64,000 nucleotides of DNA, from contig JAHDYR010000001.1 in the NCBI GenBank assembly GCA_019828565.1, positions 436,664-500,663 of the forward strand. Reading direction: 5' to 3'. This document shows, one piece after another, positions 1 to 11,100 of this stretch. Numbering within the stretch: position 1 is the stretch's first letter; each line of letters opens with the position of its first letter. The notes below the pieces were generated by a model, which made no database searches, had not been told where the DNA came from, and saw nothing but the letters and a program-made list of their open reading frames with translations. The translations under genes and the position numbers were made by a program. The DNA comes from Carpediemonas membranifera BICM. Taxonomy: Eukaryota; Protista; Fornicata.

Positions 1-1
1 C

Positions 2-1249
2 GACCGTGTGCTGAAGATCGACTTCCTCGACCAGATTCTGGAGATCACCCGTGCCCTGCCCCGTGTCCATCAGACGATGCTCTTCTCGGCCACGATGACC
101 GAGCAGGTATCGGCCCTCATGGAGGTCATGCGGAAGCCCGTCCGTATCCGTGCTGAGTGGGACTCCCGCCTTGTCGTGGCAAAGCGGCTACAGCAGGAGT
201 TTATCCGGATCAGAGTTGAGACGCCCCAGTACCGCCAGGCCGTCGTCCACGCCCTGCTGACCCACTCATTTGCCTCCAACACGGCCATCGTATTCCTCCC
301 CACGAAGAAGGAGGTCCACGAGACAAAGGTCCTGCTGGAGGTCCTCGGCCACGACTGTGTAGAGCTTCAGGGCGATCTGAACCAGACGGACCGGCTCCAC
401 AACCTCAGCAAGTTCAGAGAGGGTCACACCCGTCTGATCCTGTGCACCGACGTCGCCGCCAGAGGCCTCGACATCCCCAGCGTGGATGTCGTCATCAACT
501 ACTCCGTCCCCCAGTCGATCGAGACGTACGTCCACCGTGTCGGCCGCACTGCCAGGGCTAAGCGTACTGGACGGTCCGTCACTCTGTTCGGTGAGAGCGA
601 TCCCCGGACTGTTATTAAGAAGCTAATGGGGCTCGGCAGCAAGGACATTCCGGCCAAGCAACGGAAGATCGCCACTGACGCCATGCAGTCCTCGATTGAA
701 GCCGTCAAGGGAGCCGCTGATGCCGTTAAGGAGGCTCTTCTGTCTGAAGAAATCGACAAGGAGATCGGCGTCGCCGATAAGATGGCGGAGAAGGCTACCC
801 GCGTGGCTAAGAAGGGTGTAGACCTCGGCGAGTCGAAGTCGTGGTTCATGAGCAAGGCCAAGCGCCAGCAGCTTAACGAACTTCAACGCAAGATCAGAAA
901 GGGCGACCTGACCGAAAGAGAGGCGTTCAAGCTGATGAAGGCGGGTCCCACTGCAAAGATTCCCATGACGGAGGAGGACAAGGAGAAGGCTGACACCAAG
1001 CGGGCCGTGCGGTCAGCGAAGAAGGTCGCCCGGGAGGCCAAGCTGGCCAGTCTGAATGACCCTGACCGGGAAACTCGGGGCCGCATGGTTGGAGGGACGC
1101 GGTATTCGAGCGGGGCTAAGCAGATGAAGCGAATTGGCGATATTGCAATGCCGACGGCCCAGGACATCGATCATCTGGCCAAGAAGATGGCAGGCAGAGA
1201 GAAAATCAAGCGGAAGAAGGGTCTGCGCCGTCATACCAAGCGCCATTAA
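2..1249 (+). CDS. DRS1: DEAD-box RNA helicase, DRS1/DDX27-like (5' end lies outside the window)
   Basis: Motifs: MLFSATM (III), TDVAARGLDI (V), YVHRVGRTAR (VI); LQQEFIRIR segment typical of Drs1/DDX27; Lys/Arg-rich tail; TAA at 1247-1249. Confidence 0.75.
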   Translation, partial: DRVLKIDFLDQILEITRALPRVHQTMLFSATMTEQVSALMEVMRKPVRIRAEWDSRLVVAKRLQQEFIRIRVETPQYRQAVVHALLTHSFASNTAIVFLPTKKEVHETKVLLEVLGHDCVELQGDLNQTDRLHNLSKFREGHTRLILCTDVAARGLDIPSVDVVINYSVPQSIETYVHRVGRTARAKRTGRSVTLFGESDPRTVIKKLMGLGSKDIPAKQRKIATDAMQSSIEAVKGAADAVKEALLSEEIDKEIGVADKMAEKATRVAKKGVDLGESKSWFMSKAKRQQLNELQRKIRKGDLTEREAFKLMKAGPTAKIPMTEEDKEKADTKRAVRSAKKVAREAKLASLNDPDRETRGRMVGGTRYSSGAKQMKRIGDIAMPTAQDIDHLAKKMAGREKIKRKKGLRRHTKRH

Positions 1250-1334
1250 TAAACATGCGGATTTATATGTGCAATCATACCATGCCAGATGACCTGACAC
1301 GGAAAACAACTCGATCGACTCCTGCTTCCAGGAT

Positions 1335-1539
1335 GATGTCACCAACGGAAGCTCGGGGACAGAGCTACCAGCGCGGACAGAGTCCATGGTGGCCGGGCTC
1401 GATGTCAACGAGGAGGACGTTGCGGCCGCCGGTAGCCTCGTTGTAGTAGACGTTGCTGCGCTCGTCGGAGATAACCTCCCAGGACTTGGCACCAATCTGG
1501 TTACCGCACTGACCAGCCTGAATGTGGACGATCTCTCAT
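1335..1539 (-). pseudogene. Beta-tubulin relic with frameshifts and internal deletions
   Basis: Minus strand reads ATG AGA G| then [47 protein letters not shown]|TMDSVRAG, followed by possible ALS.PEL and SV.DI fragments. Not in the ORF track because of the frameshifts. Confidence 0.88.
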
Positions 1540-1954
1540 TCTCTGCGGGTGGAAACTGACAGTGATGAAAAGATGTGCATGAGAATGATGTGTTCATCGT
1601 CAATACAGAGCCATGGCGATAGAAGATGGATTTGGATATTCATATGCCTCTGTTCATCACTGGATAAGAACAAGCAATTGAAATGCGGTGGATGAATTCG
1701 GCCACAGTTAGGAATTCTTGGCGAGTCTCTCCTGCGCGATCCCGGGAGACACAGGCGGACGTCAGTTGCTATGTAGAGTCCAAGGAATATGTACAATGAG
1801 TCTCAAGCAGGAATGAACTGTAACTTTTCTTGAATCGTGCACGGGTGCTAGCTCATCTTGTCTTGTACACGCACTAGAGATGGTCTGAATGCTCGAATCA
1901 CGGTTGAATCTGATTCAAATTCGAATCGATCGCAACGACAAGACAACTCGGAAA

Positions 1955-2972
1955 ATGCGTGCTCTTCTACTTAACAAGATTGGAAAGCCTTATGACTACA
2001 CTGTGGGCGAGATTGATACGCCTAAGCCCGGCGAGAACGAGGTTAGGATCAAAGTCGCCGCCGCCGCGCTGAACCCTGTTGTTCGTGTCATTTGCAGCAA
2101 TCATACAGGACTGGAAGCTTGCACAATATGGTGCTGAAGCTTGGACTGAGTTTCCACGTGTTCTCGGGCTTGACAGCGCCGGCGTTGTTGATGCTGTCGG
2201 CCGGCAAGTCACCACCTTTGCTGTAGGCGACCGTGTTGTCCAGCATGGAAGTCTCATCAGCCGCACAGGCGGGTTTGCCGAGTATACTCTCAGCGATACT
2301 CGTCACCTCGCACACATTCCAGACACTGTCTCCTTCGAGGAAGCTGCTGCTGCAATGTGCGCCGGGGTTACCGCCCATCAGGCCATCACGCGAAAGCTGC
2401 ACGTGGCTGCGGATGATGTCGTCTTGATCCACGGGGGCGCGGGTGGAGTTGGTTCCTTTGCAATTCAGATCTGCAAGAGCATCGGCGCCACGGTAATCTC
2501 GACTTGCTCTAGCTCAAAGATGGAGATTGTGCGGTCTATTGGCGCGGATGAGGTGATCGACTACACAAGCGAAGACGTTACAGCTCGAGTCATGGAGATC
2601 ACAGCCGGGCTGGGGGCCGATCGCATTCTCAACACACTGGACGGAGCAAGCGGTGTCGATGACCTCAAGAGACTGGCATTCAACGGCAATCTCTGCATGA
2701 TCGTGGGTGAACTGCCATCATGCCCCGAGGGAACCGGTATGTTTGTCAAGGGCCAGTCGCTGGCTTACTGCTTCCTCGGCGGCGCACATGTCACTGGGCA
2801 CTCGAAGAGTTTGATTGACATCGGCCGTATGTCTAACGAGCTTTTGCATCTTATGGCTGAGGGAACAGTTAAGGCTGTTGTTGGCAAGACCATTTCCCTC
2901 GAGGAAGTTCCTGTGTGCCTTGCAGAGCTCGAAGAAGGACACGCAAAGGGAAAGACTGTCATGACGCTGTAA
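1955..2972 (+). CDS. MDR-family (quinone oxidoreductase/enoyl reductase-like) NAD(P)-dependent oxidoreductase; exons 1955-2080 and 2109-2972
   Basis: Splicing joins AAALNPV to DWK in frame; GLDSAG, GGFAEY, Rossmann GGAGGVG, GADEVIDY and C-terminal GHAKGKTV motifs. Confidence 0.9.
2081..2108 (+). other. 28-nt spliceosomal intron
   Basis: GTTCGTGTCATTTGCAGCAATCATACAG (GT..AG); its removal restores the conserved NPVDWK motif. Confidence 0.85.
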
Positions 2973-3730
2973 ATGATTGATGCTGGCCGTGTCGCTGATG
3001 AAGGCGACCATGGTGGAGCTTAACTACCGTCGGATGCGCGAGGCCTCCTGGGTCATGCAAGATACCCCTCTAAATGTCGGAGCAACAGGGCATACTTGAA
3101 GAGACGAGCGCTGGTTGCCGCGCGAGTCAAACAGCGAAATAAACAACTGTCTGGGACTTGTTACGACTAGAGAGATCCACCAGATCTGTTTCGATCAATC
3201 AAATGCAGCAGTTTATCGGGCTATAAATCAATCAAATGGCCCCAAAAAAGGTCGTCACGGGTTGGCATCGTACTTGGCTGCGAGGTCTCCTTCCCCCGGA
3301 AGATAGGCTCTGTCCCTGTCATACAGTCATCATCATACAGTCATCATCATACTGGACTGAGCACGGCATGTGCGAAGAAGAAGTGGTTCTTCCCGGGCCG
3401 GCTCGACTGCGTATGACCCAGTAAGAGTCAGAAGCTCCTCGGTCAGCTCGAAATGTTCGTTTTGTGCGTTTTGAGAGCTTCTGGCCTCGTTTTCGCAGTA
3501 ATAGTGCTGACCTCTGAGGCACTCTTCATCACGCTTCTTCATCCTTGCATGTCTCAGCGATCACATGAGAAAACTCGTCATTCGAATGAGTGGCTGTCCT
3601 TGAGCATGCCTGGCCTGGCCGCCAGTTGGCGGGTGACCGTTGATTCGGTGACTTGTGCCCTCTTTCCAACCATGGGGTCACCTGAAATGGGCTGAGTGAA
3701 ATAAGGTACTTTATGAAAGATGCCACCCGG

Positions 3731-4716
3731 CTACTCCAATCTAGCGTACTTGACCTTGACCCGCTTCCTCATCCCGTCCTGGGCCCGGTGCTGATGGATC
3801 GCCCCAAAGACAACGACCGCAGCTATCATGCCCACGGCGGAAATGAACACAGCAACGAATGCCCCGATGAGGAGGAACCCACCGACGATGACGGCCATGC
3901 CTGGGCTGGAGCCGGCGTCGGGGCTTGAGGCAGGGTCATAGTTGTCCATGACGACCCTGATGAAGCTGCGGCCGTCGAGACTGACGTAAACGTAGTTGTC
4001 GCCGTCCTCCTTCGCGTCAGTTCCCTCCTTCACGGCTACATGGGCCGCCCCGGTACTGGCGCAGAGCCGGCCGAACTCGTCAAGATAGGGCGCGAGCTCC
4101 ACGCCTGCAGCGAGCATGCCGATCTGCTCAGTCGAGTTGAACGTCACGTCGTGCAGCTGGGCACACACGTTCGTCGGCGACTGCTCCATCTCGGGGATCA
4201 GCTTGGCCGTGAGGATGGCTGCGTCGATCTCGTGCTGGGCAATACAGACCGCGGTGCCGTCGTCGGCCACCTCCGCGGCCGTCAACCCAGTCGGCCCGAG
4301 CAGGCTGGCGGTCATGGAGGCGGGGCAGATGGTGCTGTTGACTCTGGTCTGCATGACGACGCCCTTGAGCGACGTCCGGGCCTCGGGGATGGTGTAATCC
4401 GTCGGGACGTTGATGTTGATCGTGGCGGCAGTGCCGTCGGAGTAGGCCAGCTTCATCGGGTAAGTACCGGCCTTGACCGTCGGCTCCGTGACAACTGGGA
4501 TGATCGTAGTGTTGCCGTCGGCCGTCTGCACCAGCTGGCAGGGGTTGGTCTCCTTGCCGAACGCCACCGTCGCCACAGTCTCGTTCATGACGGACGAGTC
4601 GATCACCATGCGGTCCTTGGCGTCGATCTTGGGCGCCACGGGGACCCAGCGCACGCACGACTTGTGCGGCTGGTCGTCGTCGGGCGTGCTGGACTCGGCG
4701 GGGCAGAACTCACAGC
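3731..4716 (-). pseudogene. 3' part (juxtamembrane region, TM helix, short tail) of the giant surface-protein gene split by Ty3-1
   Basis: Removing the element and one CAGC TSD fuses ...ISHASS to CEFCPAESS... in frame. Hydrophobic TM (MAVIVGG...VVFGAI) and cytoplasmic tail ending YARLE. Confidence 0.85.
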
Positions 4717-4791
4717 TGTGTCGGAACTATTTAATAAGGTAAACCTGCTTGGTGGTAATAATGGCCACAACTATTCTGGAGCCCCACGACA
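4717..4791 (-). repeat. Ty3-1 3' LTR (75 bp)
   Basis: Identical to 21537-21611. Confidence 0.93.
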
Positions 4792-4793
4792 CA

Positions 4794-7583
4794 CTACCTC
4801 TCCCCCGGGATAGTGGCCCACCGCAGTCTATGGTCTCGGGCGTACTGCTGCGCGAGCTCTACGTAGCGCAGGTTCAGCCAGGGCTCCCAGGTTGGGGTGG
4901 CGTAGTCCAGCCACTTGACCTGGAGGGTCTTCTTCTTGCTGTCGTGGTCGAGAATCGCTTCAACGACGTACTCCTCTTCGTCTGTCGCCTGTAACTGGCG
5001 AGCCCTATCGAGCTCTAGCTCGTGCGGAATAACCATGAGCCTGTCCTCGTGGACGACCTTGACCTGGTCGCTAATCAGCGAGGCGATCTCCACCGCCTTG
5101 TGCCTCAAGATCTTGACGACCTTATACGGGCCTAGGAGGCCGTGGAGCTTTGACTTCCGGACTGGATTAAGCAGCACCAGGTCTCCGGCTTTCAAACCCG
5201 ACTCCCGGGCTGTCGGCAGTTCTGTTTCGCTGATCAGTTGGACTAGCTCACGCTGCATCCGGGTCAGGTTGTCTCTGTGCTGTTTCGCTCTGTCGGCTGG
5301 AGTGAGGAGCTCGTCGTCATTCGTCTCACTCTCCTCCCATCTCCCCCCGATCTCAACCCTGTGACCGAAGATGATCTCGTTCGGGGGTCAGTAGAGTGTC
5401 CGAGTTCGTCGTAGAGTTGAGTATGTGCTGCACGTAGGGTAGTATGTCCGACCAGCTGTCGTACTGCTGTGTCGTAAGCGTGAGCCAGCGTAGGTGTCTC
5501 GCCACCTCACCATTTCGACGCTCCACGACGCCATTCGACTCGGGATGATAGGGTAGCGTCCTCTGGTGGTATGTGTTCAGCTGTTCGAGGAACTTCTTGA
5601 CAGTGCGGTTGATGTACTCACTGCCGTTGTCTGACCTTATCGTTCGCGGGACCCCATGACGGGCTGCTGCGAGCCACAGCGCTCTAGCTGCCTCGTCTGA
5701 GTTGTTCGCTGGCGCGGGATAGAGCTCAGTATACTTCGAGAACGTGTCGGTTATCACGAAGATAAACTTGTTGCCCTCACCGTCCTGCGTGATGGGCCCG
5801 ACTGTGTCGATGGCCACCGTCTGCCAGGGCTTGCCGGCCTTAGTAGACAGTCGTTGCGTAGAGACGAAGTTCTTCAGCCTCGTCTTCAGGCACTCTGGGC
5901 AGTGGCTTGTGAAGTCTGCCACGTCGGACGTACGTCCGATCCAGAATCCTATGGGTCGTAGAGCCTCGAGTGTCTTTTCGCGCCCTTCGTGTCGCCTGTG
6001 GGCGTGCAACAAGAGGGACTGTCTGAGGTCGTGGTCGTTTGGCACCCACGGCACTCCATCGTAGCGGTACAAACCGTCCGGGTCCCGGCTTGTCTTGGCT
6101 GAACTGGTCCAGTCGGCCACCTCATCTGCCGAGGTCCTCCCCTGCGCCGAGAGTATGGTCTTAGTGAAGTCCTCGACCTCACCCAGTATAGCCGAGCATG
6201 CGGTGGCCCGAGACAGCATGTCCGCCGCGCAGTTGTCCTTGCCGGGGATATGCTCTATGGCAAAGTCATAGTCCTGTAGGATGAGGGACCAACGAAGCAG
6301 CTTGGCGTTGACGTCACGCTTTCTACTGAGGAACGTCAAGTTCCTGTGGTCCGTTTGAACCAGGAAGGGCGCTCCTTTCAACTTGAAGAGGGAGCTGAAG
6401 TCTCGGCGTGTTAGACAGGCCAGAATGGCGAATAGCTCTTGCTCGTATGTGCTCCAGTTCTTTTGTGTGTCGTTGAACGAGCCAGAGAAGAATGAAACGA
6501 CCTCCCAGTTGTCGCCGTGTTGTTGGAGCAGTATGCCGCCCCATCCGTCATCGCTCGCGTCCGTTTGTAGTCTCCACGGTGCGTTGAGGTCGGGATAATG
6601 TAGAGCGAGATTCTTCTTCACCTCACTCTTGAAGTCCTTGAAGGCTTGTTCTTGCTTATCTCCCCAAATCCGCTCACTGCTAGTTTGTTTCATCTGTGAT
6701 ATAGGCTTGAGAAGGCGCGATGAGTCTTGAACGAACTTCGAAACGTAGTTGAACGAACCGAGGAGGCGCTCCAGCTCCTTAACGGTATGTGGGCGCGGTA
6801 ACTCTATAATGGACTTGATCCTGTCCTCTGAGAGCTTCATTCCCTCGCTGTTCAAGACATAGCCGACGACCTCAGTTTCTGGCGTCCCTAAACTGCACTT
6901 TGGAGCTTTGAGCCGCAGGTTGTACTCCCTACAGATCTGTAGCGTGTGTCTAACAACATCAATGAAGGAATCGCCATCTCTTGCATACAGCATGATGTCA
7001 TCTAAGTATATTGCGGCCCCTTTGTGTAGAATCGGGGCGAAAGCTGTGTCCATGGCCCTCTGGAATCTCGATGGAGCATTTCGAAGGCCGAATGGGCACC
7101 GTAGAAACTCTGCATATGCGTCTGGTGTTACAAAGGCTGTCTTCGGGATGTCTTGTTCCGCCATCTTCATCTGGTAATAGCCTTGGCGCAAGTCTAAGCT
7201 GCCATAGAACTGTGCGCCCGCCGCCTCCCGCACATAGGTTCTGATGTCAGGCAACGGGTAGTGGTCAGGCTCTGTGATCTCGTTCAAAGCCTTGAAGTCG
7301 ACACATAGACGTATCTTCTGCGAGCCTTTGTGCCCGCCGGTCACGACGACCACTGGGGATGAGTGGGGGCCTCTGCTGTCTCGTATGAAGCCTTGTTCTC
7401 TCAGTCGGGCTACCTCGTCTGCCACAAGGTCCCTCTTCGTGTTGCCCAGCGGGCGTGCCTTAATCTGCACCAGTTTGCTTTCAACGAGCTCGATTGTCAT
7501 CGGTTCCAGTTTCGAGCCTTCTGGCGGAAGATTCTCGTCAAAAACATCTTCGTAGTCCTTGACCAGTGCTCTGAGTTTCCCTT
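4794..7583 (-). CDS. Ty3-1 pol, 3' part: RT, RNase H, integrase, chromodomain (frameshift near 5385)
   Basis: DLRQGY, PFGL, YLDD, TDAS..GWG, DHRNL, H-H-C-C, IDTVG/SDNG/ESNGVVE, GPY, and chromodomain EYVVEAILDH..VKW..TWEP. Confidence 0.93.
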
Positions 7584-8148
7584 CAGGGTCCACCAATGTT
7601 TTCAGCTAAGTGTTCTCACTTACAACAGGGGTGGATGAAGACCAACAGGCCTGTACTAGAATAGATAGAACAGTGCCCCATCGAGCTCAAAAGGAGCGAC
7701 TATGGCCCCTGTCCAACGAACCAGAAGGTTACATTCAGGGTGCACCGCCGGTTATGAGTGGGAGCTCCATAGCCACAGGGACTAGAGAACGAACAATATG
7801 GAGCTTAGATTTACAGGGAAAGAGACGGAGAGCGCAGGGAAGGACGTCGGAGCATCGATGGAATGGAATTTTCGCCAGCTCAGAGGGAAGGAAGGATCAC
7901 CGGCGAACAACAGCAGGGGCCCAGATAGAGGCCGCGAACACACTACGAATGGCGTAACAACGGCCAAAATCCAGGGACGGTGTGGCATGAAAATGGCGAT
8001 GCATTTTTAGAACCGCGCCATTTCGCCGCGAGCCCCAAAACAAACGATCAGGGAAAAATGAGAAAACAGGGAGGTCCGTGCGGGGACAGTACCTGCGCAG
8101 GGCCATGCTGACCGATTTTTGCGTCGATGCATTTGCCAAGCTTTTTTC

Positions 8149-11100
8149 ATGCAGGGAAAAGAGAACAACCAGATGAGAGTGGAGATACCAGATAGGATCA
8201 GGGAATCCGCTCAAAAAGAGTGGGACACGATTAGAGAGCTACTAACGGACTACTTGATGGAAGAGAAGGTGTTGCAGCAGGAAACACAGAGAGTGATTTA
8301 ATTGATCCGGGGTAAATCAGTCATCAATTGATTACACTTCCCCCAAGATCCGGAAATAAAAATTCGGATCTTCCAAAATCTCCAGAACCCCGAAATAAAA
8401 TTCCTTGGTCCAAATCTTCAGCAGAATCTATTCCCGCAGGTTATGTCTCATTGAAGGTCCCCATGCTGAGGACGCATCAAAAACAAACCATCAACGTCGT
8501 ATGCCGTGAATAACAACTAATCAACATCAAAACCAATGGAATCCAGCTTATTGTAGCTGAACACTGCTCCTTCCCCCATGGGTCCGAAGTTTCCAGCCTT
8601 TTCAGCGACTACCGCCTTAGTTCGCTTTGAACCGCAGCATCTTCCGCTGTGCAGGCAACTTCTTCGCCAAATGAGGTACTTTCTCCAAGTATCTGTCAAG
8701 TGCTTCGAGTTTGTCTAGCTCCAATGTGAATGGCTCCCACGTGGCTTCCTCAGGAAGGTACCCTTCCCAAATAACATGCAGTAGCAGCTTCCGTCCCTCG
8801 AACTTGTGCTCGTTGATCTCCTCCACCACGTATTCGTCGTCTCGCTCCGCAGCAACCTGCTTCAGCTGATCGAGCGTCAAGCTTGTCTCGAACACCCTGA
8901 GCCTGTCAGCGTGGATGCTGTGGGTCTTCCCGGACGTCAGGTTACGGACACGATAAACGTTCGGGGACTTGTCTGGGCCTATGCACCACATCGGCCCGAG
9001 CAGAGTAGATCTCCTACCGGAGTTCGACGCCACCAGGACTGCGGTGTCTTGTAGCTCGATGTGATCGCGACTTGGCGACTCTCCATCACACAGTTGTTGC
9101 TGAACCACACGATTAACTTCAATCCTACGCCTAAAGAGCTCCAACGAGACTGTATCGTCACTCAACTCGTCAAGAGTCGAGTCTTGCTCCTGGTCGTACA
9201 GTACCGTCCACGGGGACATGCCCGTGGTACTATTCTTCGTCGAGTTAAGGATGAACTGAGCGTGTGGAATCAGTTTCGTCCAGTCACGTGTCTTGCACTC
9301 CGTCATCAGGCACTTCAGATGCTTCTTCAGCTCCGCGTTCTGACGTTCGACGACGCCTTGCGATGCCGGTCGGTACGGCGTACCGATATGATGTTTCATC
9401 GATAGCTTCTCCACCATGGTGTCGACGAGCTGATTTCGGTATTGGGACCCACCGTCTGAATGGATTAAACGGGGTATACCGTAGTGGGCGACCCATTGTA
9501 ATAGGGCCTCAGCTGCCTCTGCCGCAGTCGTGGAGTGAGTGGGGTATAACATCGTAAGCTTGGAGAACGTGTCGATGGCCACCACGATGTGGCGGTAACC
9601 GCCGTCAGATTCAGGTAGGGGTCCAACAGTGTCTACTTGTACTACGTCAAATGGAAGGCGTCCCATCGTCGAATGCCGGTCCTGCGGCACTCGCTCAGCT
9701 GTCTGCCGATGGACTTGGCAGACCGGGCAGGCCTTGACGAACTGTTTCACCTCGTTGTACATCCCCTTCCACGTCTCTCCTCTTTCAATCAGGCGTTGTA
9801 GGGTAGCCCGAATGCCCAGATGTCCTTGTAAACCCCCATGTATGCTTTCGATCAGGTCAGTATGGCTCGTATCGGCACTTTGTAGGTGTACTAGACGGGA
9901 CAAGCCGTCTGCACCGCCGTTGGCCACTCCTGGTACGTGTTCCACGGAATAGTTGAACCGTGCCATGGCCAGATGCCACCTAACCACCTTAGCGTTGGCA
10001 GAGGTGGCCAGGTAGAGCAGATTTTTGTGGTCAGTGCGCACAACGAACTCTCGTCCGATCAGTAGTCGCTCTGCCTTCTGCATTGCGAAATAAATCGCGA
10101 ACGCCTCCTTCTCATACGTCGACCATCGGCGTTGGGTAGCGTCGAATGTCTTCGAGTAAAAGGCGATCGGACTAGGACCTGACGCGGATTCTTGCATCAG
10201 TACGGCACCTGCTGCGACATCACTTGCGTCGGTCTGCAATATCAGCTTCGACCCAGGCTTGGGGTGTACGAGCATTCTGTTGTCCAGCAGGCAGGTCTTG
10301 ACGCGCTCAAATGCGTCTTGTTGGTCTGGTCCCCACTCAAACTTCCTGTTGGCCCGGGTGAGGGCCGCAAGGGGCTCAGTTATGTCCGCGTAGCGCTCAA
10401 TCATGGGGCGGAAGTAGTTAACAGTCCCCAAGAGCGTACGAAGCGTCGACAGGTCACGGGGGGTGCAAGATCGTGAATTCCTTGCAGGCGATCCTCTGCG
10501 ATCCTCTTGCCGTCGGCGCTAACGGTCCATCCTAGATAATCGATCTCGGACGCAGCGAAGATGCACTTCTTCGCATTGAGACGGAGTCCTCGAGTGTGGA
10601 GTTTTCCGAGAACGGTCTCCAGGCGACGTAGAAATTCGGTTTTGTCCCGGCCGTAGACCACTACGTCGTCCACGTACACCAAACAGTCGGTGTACACGCT
10701 GCTTCCTAGCGCTGCCTCCAGGGCCCGTTGGCAGTACGCTGCAGCATTTTTTAGCCCAAAGGGCATCCTCGTATAACAGTATTTGACACCGTCAACGATA
10801 AAGGCCGTCATATCCTGGCATTCGTGTTTCAAGGGGATTTGAAGAAACGCCTTGCTCAAATCAAGGGCTGCAAAGTATGAGTTGCCCTGCAGCCTCTCTA
10901 CGAGGTCGTCTATTAGAGGCAAGGGGTGGGTCAGGTCAGTCGTGATCTCGTTCAGACGTCTAAAGTCAAGGCACATGCGACGTGTACGGTCCCGCTTCCA
11001 AGCTAACACAACCGGGTTGTTGTACTGGCTCTCGGAACGTCTTATAACCGCCATGTTGCAAAGCTCCTCGACCTGTCGCTTCATCTCTTCCACTTCACCC

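Noticed and set aside
3000-3730. Short ORFs and a small CATACAGTCATCAT repeat near 3320-3352
   Set aside because: No recognisable motifs; not supportable as a gene.
4713-4793. Alternative Ty3-1 ends (77-bp LTR with 2-bp TSD, or GT..AC ends with AGCT TSD)
   Set aside because: TGTG..GACA ends with a 4-bp CAGC TSD fit the flanks and match the Ty3-3 and gag-only elements.
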